Assembly: GCA_964057225.1 (NCBI GenBank)
Contig: CAXKVF010000101.1
Span: forward strand, 7,218 to 71,217
Length of the DNA stretch: 64,000 nucleotides
Source: Auanema rhodensis
Lineage: Eukaryota; Animalia; Nematoda
Reading direction: 5' to 3'
Part shown: piece after piece, positions 56,001 to 64,000 of the stretch
How positions within the stretch are numbered: position 1 is the stretch's first letter
How the letters are laid out: the number at the start of each line of letters is the position of its first letter
Notes under the pieces: generated by a model
Database searches by the model: none
Told to the model about the DNA's origin: nothing
Seen by the model: the letters and a program-made list of their open reading frames with translations, nothing else
Made by a program: the position numbers and the translations under genes

Positions 56001-56495
56001 ATTGGTGCATGGTAACCATGACTTTGAAATTTACGTGAACTTTAATTTATGCTAATTAAATGTACACGTGATGTGCACTTGGTATGTAACTCGCTTCACG
56101 TGAAAGATAAAGAGATGCGGTTTTCAAAATTAGATTCCCCATGTCCATATTAGTCTAAAAACAAATTTTTATTGATATTGGTTCATGGTAACCATGACTT
56201 TGAAATTTACGTGAACTTTAATTTATGCTAATTAAATGTACACGTGATGTGCACTTGGTATGTAACTCGCTTCACGTGAAAGATAAAGAGATGCGGTTTT
56301 CAAAATTAGATTCACCATGTCCATATTAGTCTAAAAACAAATTTTTATTGATATTGGTTCATGGTAACCATGACTTTGAATTTAACGTGAACTTTAATTT
56401 AAGCTAATTAAATGTACACGTGATGTGCACTTGGTATGTAACTCGCTTCACGTGAAAGATAAAGAGATGCGGTTTTCAAAATTAGATTCCCCATG
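32033..56495. repeat. Sub-family domain B (second block; first ~11.4 kb copies 13025-~23400, remainder is a related lineage with additional private SNPs)
   Basis: C171A and A62T+T65A markers throughout. G38C seen only once (53365) before 56.5 kb. Confidence 0.8.
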
Positions 56496-59400
56496 TCCAT
56501 ATTAGTCTAAAAACAAATTTTTATTGATATTGCTTCATGGTAACCATGACTTTGAAATTTACGTGAACTTTAATTTATGCTAATTAAATGTACACGTGAT
56601 GTGCACTTGGTATGTAACTCGCTTCACGTGAAAGATAAAGAGATGCGGTTTTCAAAATTAGATTCCCCATGTCCATATTAGTCTAAAAACAAATTTTTAT
56701 TGATATTGGTTCATGGTAACCATGACTTTGAAATTTACGTGAACTTTAATTTATGCTAATTAAATGTACACGTGATGTGCACTTGGTATGTAACTCGCTT
56801 CACGTGAAAGATAAAGAGATGCGGTTTTCAAAATTAGATACCCCATGTCCATATTAGTCTAAAAACAAATTTTTATTGATATTGGTTCATGGTAACCATG
56901 ACTTTGAAATTTACGTGAACTTTAATTTATGCTAATTAAATGTACACGTGATGTGCACTTGGTATGTAACTCGCTTCACGTGAGAGATAAAGAGATGCGG
57001 TTTTCAAAATTAGATTCCCCATGTCCATAGTAGTCTAAAAACAAATTTTTATTGATATTGGTGCATGGTAACCATGACTTTGAAATTTACGTGAACTTTA
57101 ATTTATGCTAATTAAATGTACACGTGATGTGCACTTGGTATGTAACTCGCTTCACGTGAAAGATAAAGAGATGCGGTTTTCAAAATTAGATTCCCCATGT
57201 CCATATTAGTCTAAAAACAAATTTTTATTGATATTGCTTCATGGTAACCATGACTTTGAAATTTACGTGAACTTTAATTTATGCTAATTAAATGTACACG
57301 TGATGTGCACTTGGTATGTAACTCGCTTCACGTGAAAGATAAAGAGATGCGGTTTTCAAAATTAGATTCCCCATGTCCATAGTAGTCTAAAAACAAATTT
57401 TTATTGATATTGGTGCATGGTAACCATGACTTTGAAATTTACGTGAACTTTAATTTATGCTAATTAAATGTACACGTGATGTGCACTTGGTATGTAACTC
57501 GCTTCACGTGAAAGATAAAGAGATGCGGTTTTCAAAATTAGATTCCCCATGTCCATATTAGTCTAAAAACAAATTTTTATTGATATTGCTTCATGGTAAC
57601 CATGACTTTGAAATTTACGTGAACTTTAATTTATGCTAATTAAATGTACACGTGATGTGCACTTGGTATGTAACTCGCTTCACGTGAAAGATAAAGAGAT
57701 GCGGTTTTCAAAATTAGATTCCCCATGTCCATATTAGTCTAAAAACAAATTTTTATTGATATTGCTTTATGGTAACCATGACTTTGAAATTTACGTGAAC
57801 TTTAATTTATGCTAATTAAATGTACACGTGATGTGCACTTGGTATGTAACTCGCTTCACGTGAAAGATAAAGAGATGCGGTTTTCAAAATTAGATTCCCC
57901 ATGTCCATATTAGTCTAAAAACAAATTTTTATTGATATTGGTGCATGGTAACCATGACTTTGAATTTTACGTGAACTTTAATTTATGCTAATTAAATGTA
58001 CACGTGATGTGCACTTGGTATGTAACTCGCTTCACGTGAAAGATAAAGAGATGCGGTTTTCAAAATTAGATTCCCCATGTCCATATTAGTCTAAAAACAA
58101 ATTTTTATTGATATTGGTTCATGGTAACCATGACTTTGAAATTTACGTGAACTTTAATTTATGCTAATTAAATGTACACGTGATGTGCACTTGGTATGTA
58201 ACTCGCTTCACGTGAAAGATAAAGAGATGCGGTTTTCAAAATTAGATTCCCCATGTCCATATTAGTCTAAAAACAAATTTTTATTGATATTGCTTCATGG
58301 TAACCATGACTTTGAAATTTACGTGAACTTTAATTTATGCTAATTAAATGTACACGTGATGTGCACTTGGTATGTAACTCGCTTCACGTGAAAGATAAAG
58401 AGATGCGGTTTTCAAAATTAGATTCCCCATGTCCATATTAGTCTAAAAACAAATTTTTATTGATATTGGTTCATGGTAACCATGACTTTGAAATTTACGT
58501 GAACTTTAATTTATGCTAATTAAATGTACACGTGATGTGCACTTGGTATGTAACTCGCTTCACGTGAAAGATAAAGAGATGCGGTTTTCAAAATTAGATT
58601 CCCCATGTCCATATTAGTCTAAAAACAAATTTTTATTGATATTGGTTCATGGTAACCATGACTTTGAAATTTACGTGAACTTTAATTTATGCTAATTAAA
58701 TGTACACGTGATGTGCACTTGGTATGTAACTCGCTTCACGTGAGAGATAAAGAGATGCGGTTTTCAAAATTAGATTCCCCATGTCCATATTAGTCTAAAA
58801 ACAAATTTTTATTGATATTGGTGCATGGTAACCATGACTTTGAAATTTACGTGAACTTTAATTTATGCTAATTAAATGTACACGTGATGTGCACTTGGTA
58901 TGTAACTCGCTTCACGTGAAAGATAAAGAGATGCGGTTTTCAAAATTAGATTCCCCATGTCCATATTAGTCTAAAAACAAATTTTTATTGATATTGCTTC
59001 ATGGTAACCATGACTTTGAAATTTACGTGAACTTTAATTTATGCTAATTAAATGTACACGTGATGTGCACTTGGTATGTAACTCGCTTCACGTGAAAGAT
59101 AAAGAGATGCGGTTTTCAAAATTAGATTCCCCATGTCCATATTAGTCTAAAAACAAATTTTTATTGATATTGGTGCATGGTAACCATGACTTTGAAATTT
59201 ACGTGAACTTTAATTTATGCTAATTAAATGTACACGTGATGTGCACTTGGTATGTAACTCGCTTCACGTGAAAGATAAAGAGATGCGGTTTTCAAAATTA
59301 GATTCCCCATGTCCATATTAGTCTAAAAACAAATTTTTATTGATATTGCTTCATGGTAACCATGACTTTGAAATTTACGTGAACTTTAATTTATGCTAAT

Positions 59401-62400
59401 TAAATGTACACGTGATGTGCACTTGGTATGTAACTCGCTTCACGTGAAAGATAAAGAGATGCGGTTTTCAAAATTAGATTCCCCATGTCCATATTAGTCT
59501 AAAAACAAATTTTTATTGATATTGGTTCATGGTAACCATGACTTTGAAATTTACGTGAACTTTAATTTATGCTAATTAAATGTACACGTGATGTGCACTT
59601 GGTATGTAACTCGCTTCACGTGAAAGATAAAGAGATGCGGTTTTCAAAATTAGATTCCCCATGTCCATATTAGTCTAAAAACAAATTTTTATTGATATTG
59701 CTTCATGGTAACCATGACTTTGAAATTTACGTGAACTTTAATTAATGCTAATTAAATGTACACGTGATGAGCACTTGGTATGTAACTCGCTTCACGTGAA
59801 AGATAAAGAGATGCGGTTTTCAAAATTAGATTCCCCATGTCCATATTAGTCTAAAAACAAATTTTTATTGATATTGGTTCATGGTAACCATGACTTTGAA
59901 ATTTACGTGAACTTTAATTTATGCTAATTAAATGTACACGTGATGTGCACTTGGTATGTAACTCGCTTCACGTGAAAGATAAAGAGATGCGGTTTTCAAA
60001 ATTAGATTCCCCATGTCCATATTAGTCTAAAAACAAATTTTTATTGATATTGCTTCATGGTAACCATGACTTTGAAATTTACGTGAACTTTAATTTATGC
60101 TAATTAAATGTACACGTGATGTGCACTTGGTATGTAACTCGCTTCACGTGAAAGATAAAGAGATGCGGTTTTCAAAATTAGATTCCCCATGTCCATATTA
60201 GTCTAAAAACAAATTTTTATTGATATTGGTTCATGGTAACCATGACTTTGAAATTTACGTGAACTTTAATTTATGCTAATTAAATGTACACGTGATGTGC
60301 ACTTGGTATGTAACTCGCTTCACGTGAAAGATAAAGAGATGCGGTTTTCAAAATTAGATTCCCCATGTCCATATTAGTCTAAAAACAAATTTTTATTGAT
60401 ATTGGTTCATGGTAACCATGACTTTGAAATTTACGTGAACTTTAATTTATGCTAATTAAATGTACACGTGATGTGCACTTGGTATGTAACTCGCTTCACG
60501 TGAGAGATAAAGAGATGCGGTTTTCAAAATTAGATTCCCCATGTCCATATTAGTCTAAAAACAAATTTTTATTGATATTGGTGCATGGTAACCATGACTT
60601 TGAAATTTACGTGAACTTTAATTTATGCTAATTAAATGTACACGTGATGTGCACTTGGTATGTAACTCGCTTCACGTGAAAGATAAAGAGATGCGGTTTT
60701 CAAAATTAGATTCCCCATGTCCATATTAGTCTAAAAACAAATTTTTATTGATATTGCTTCATGGTAACCATGACTTTGAAATTTACGTGAACTTTAATTT
60801 ATGCTAATTAAATGTACACGTGATGTGCACTTGGTATGTAACTCGCTTCACGTGAAAGATAAAGAGATGCGGTTTTCAAAATTAGATTCCCCATGTCCAT
60901 ATTAGTCTAAAAACAAATTTTTATTGATATTGGTGCATGGTAACCATGACTTTGAAATTTACGTGAACTTTAATTTATGCTAATTAAATGTACACGTGAT
61001 GTGCACTTGGTATGTAACTCGCTTCACGTGAAAGATAAAGAGATGCGGTTTTCAAAATTAGATTCCCCATGTCCATATTAGTCTAAAAACAAATTTTTAT
61101 TGATATTGCTTCATGGTAACCATGACTTTGAAATTTACGTGAACTTTAATTTATGCTAATTAAATGTACACGTGATGTGCACTTGGTATGTAACTCGCTT
61201 CACGTGAAAGATAAAGAGATGCGGTTTTCAAAATTAGATTCCCCATGTCCATATTAGTCTAAAAACAAATTTTTATTGATATTGGTTCATGGTAACCATG
61301 ACTTTGAAATTTACGTGAACTTTAATTTATGCTAATTAAATGTACACGTGATGTGCACTTGGTATGTAACTCGCTTCACGTGAAAGATAAAGAGATGCGG
61401 TTTTCAAAATTAGATTCCCCATGTCCATATTAGTCTAAAAACAAATTTTTATTGATATTGCTTCATGGTAACCATGACTTTGAAATTTACGTGAACTTTA
61501 ATTAATGCTAATTAAATGTACACGTGATGAGCACTTGGTATGTAACTCGCTTCACGTGAAAGATAAAGAGATGCGGTTTTCAAAATTAGATTCCCCATGT
61601 CCATATTAGTCTAAAAACAAATTTTTATTGATATTGCTTCATGGTAACCATGACTTTGAAATTTACGTGAACTTTAATTTATGCTAATTAAATGTACACG
61701 TGATGTGCACTTGGTATGTAACTCGCTTCACGTGAAAGATAAAGAGATGCGGTTTTCAAAATTAGATTCCCCATGTCCATATTAGTCTAAAAACAAATTT
61801 TTATTGATATTGGTTCATGGTAACCATGACTTTGAAATTTACGTGAACTTTAATTTATGCTAATTAAATGTACACGTGATGTGCACTTGGTATGTAACTC
61901 GCTTCACGTGAAAGATAAAGAGATGCGGTTTTCAAAATTAGATTCCCCCTGTCCATATTAGTCTAAAAACAAATTTTTATTGATATTGCTTCATGGTAAC
62001 CATGACTTTGAAATTTACGTGAACTTTAATTTATGCTAATTAAATGTACACGTGATGTGCACTTGGTATGTAACTCGCTTCACGTGAAAGATAAAGAGAT
62101 GCGGTTTTCAAAATTAGATTCCCCATGTCCATATTAGTCTAAAAACAAATTTTTATTGATATTGCTTCATGGTAACCATGACTTTGAAATTTACGTGAAC
62201 TTTAATTTATGCTAATTAAATGTACACGTGATGTGCACTTGGTATGTAACTCGCTTCACGTGAAAGATAAAGAGATGCGGTTTTCAAAATTAGATTCCCC
62301 ATGTCCATATTAGTCTAAAAACAAATTTTTATTGATATTGCTTCATGGTAACCATGACTTTGAAATTTACGTGAACTTTAATTTATGCTAATTAAATGTA

Positions 62401-64000
62401 CACGTGATGTGCACTTGGTATGTAACTCGCTTCACGTGAAAGATAAAGAGATGCGGTTTTCAAAATTAGATTCCCCATGTCCATATTAGTCTAAAAACAA
62501 ATTTTTATTGATATTGCTTCATGGTAACCATGACTTTGAATTTTACGTGAACTTTAATTTATGCTAATTAAATGTACACGTGATGTGCACTTGGTATGTA
62601 ACTCGCTTCACGTGAAAGATAAAGAGATGCGGTTTTCAAAATTAGATTCCCCATGTCCATATTAGTCTAAAAACAAATTTTTATTGATATTGGTTCATGG
62701 TAACCATGACTTTGAAATTTACGTGAACTTTAATTTATGCTAATTAAATGTACACGTGATGTGCACTTGGTATGTAACTCGCTTCACGTGAAAGATAAAG
62801 AGATGCGGTTTTGAAAATTAGATTCCCCATGTCCATATTAGTCTAAAAACAAATTTTTATTGATATTGCTTCATGGTAACCATGACTTTGAAATTTACGT
62901 GAACTTTAATTAATGCTAATTAAATGTACACGTGATGAGCACTTGGTATGTAACTCGCTTCACGTGAAAGATAAAGAGATGCGGTTTTCAAAATTAGATT
63001 CCCCATGTCCATATTAGTCTAAAAACAAATTTTTATTGATATTGCTTCATGGTAACCATGACTTTGAAATTTACGTGAACTTTAATTTATGCTAATTAAA
63101 TGTACACGTGATGTGCACTTGGTATGTAACTCGCTTCACGTGAAAGATAAAGAGATGCGGTTTTCAAAATTAGATTCCCCATGTCCATATTAGTCTAAAA
63201 ACAAATTTTTATTGATATTGGTTCATGGTAACCATGACTTTGAAATTTACGTGAACTTTAATTTATGCTAATTAAATGTAAACGTGATGTGCACTTGGTA
63301 TGTAACTCGCTTCACGTGAAAGATAAAGAGATGCGGTTTTCAAAATTAGATTCCCCATGTCCATATTAGTCTAAAAACAAATTTTTATTGATATTGCTTC
63401 ATGGTAACCATGACTTTGAAATTTACGTGAACTTTAATTAATGCTAATTAAATGTACACGTGATGAGCACTTGGTATGTAACTCGCTTCACGTGAAAGAT
63501 AAAGAGATGCGGTTTTCAAAATTAGATTCCCCATGTCCATATTAGTCTAAAAACAAATTTTAATTGATATTGCTTCATGGTAACCATGACTTTGAAATTT
63601 ACGTGAACTTTAATTTATGCTAATTAAATGTACACGTGATGTGCACTTGGTATGTAACTCGCTTCACGTGAAAGATAAAGAGATGCGGTTTTCAAAATTA
63701 GATTCCCCATGTCCATATTAGTCTAAAAACAAATTTTTATTGATATTGGTTCATGGTAACCATGACTTTGAAATTTACGTGAACTTTAATTTATGCTAAT
63801 TAAATGTACACGTGATGTGCACTTGGTATGTAACTCGCTTCACGTGAAAGATAAAGAGATGCGGTTTTCAAAATTAGATTCCCCCTGTCCATATTAGTCT
63901 AAAAACAAATTTTTATTGATATTGCTTCATGGTAACCATGACTTTGAAATTTACGTGAACTTTAATTTATGCTAATTAAATGTACACGTGATGTGCACTT
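56496..64000. repeat. A-like domain (G38C frequent again, A174C returns, new linked T81A+T107A haplotype)
   Basis: GCTT in about half of monomers; CCCCCTG at 61949 and 63885; GATGAGCAC at 59770, 61530, 62938, 63466; C171A not seen. Confidence 0.8.

Larger units (their letters stand above)
1..64000. repeat. 176-bp tandem satellite array (about 363.6 monomers), candidate centromeric/pericentromeric satellite; runs off both window edges
   Basis: TCCATATTAG recurs at 1, 177, 353 ... 2641 (15x176+1) ... 33441, then shifted by -1 (33616 ... 63888) after a 1-bp deletion. No unique sequence anywhere. Monomers are about 97-100% identical to consensus. The centromeric role is inferred only from unit length, AT-richness and homogeneity. 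Confidence 0.99.

Noticed and set aside
1-64000. CRISPR array or other repeat-spacer system
   Set aside because: There are no unique spacers; the entire 176 bp is repeated, and no cas or other genes are present.
1-64000. A single regular higher-order repeat, or a deliberate code in the order of monomer variants
   Set aside because: Periods vary (2 to about 100 monomers) and each unit is repeated only 2-4 times. The pattern is explained by nested duplication, deletion and conversion.

Overview
The whole 64,000-bp window is one uninterrupted head-to-tail array of a 176-bp AT-rich satellite monomer (about 32% GC, about 363.6 copies, all in one orientation). Consensus, phased from position 1: TCCATATTAGTCTAAAAACAAATTTTTATTGATATTGGTTCATGGTAACCATGACTTTGAAATTTACGTGAACTTTAATTTATGCTAATTAAATGTACACGTGATGTGCACTTGGTATGTAACTCGCTTCACGTGAAAGATAAAGAGATGCGGTTTTCAAAATTAGATTCCCCATG. 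Monomers typically differ from consensus by 0-4 substitutions (maximum seen 5), and I saw only one indel (1 bp, near 33469). I found no genes, RNA genes, transposon insertions, inversions or CRISPR spacers. The three 60-aa ORFs are by-products of a single TAG>TAT SNP. Nucleosome-like unit length and extreme homogeneity fit a eukaryotic centromeric or pericentromeric satellite (inference); I cannot assign organism or family from sequence alone. The real information is in (i) the monomer's palindromes and three ACGTGA/E-box cores spaced 32-33 bp apart, and (ii) the SNP barcode. Read by eye, the barcode shows two alternating monomer sub-family domains, one ~15-19 kb segmental duplication, and nested local duplications of 2, 4, 5, 9, 10, 12, 14, 16 and 18 monomers, with no single fixed higher-order repeat. 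I found no new protein-coding system. 'Pos n' means position within the monomer; monomer k starts at 1+176(k-1) up to k=191 and at 176(k-1) afterwards.
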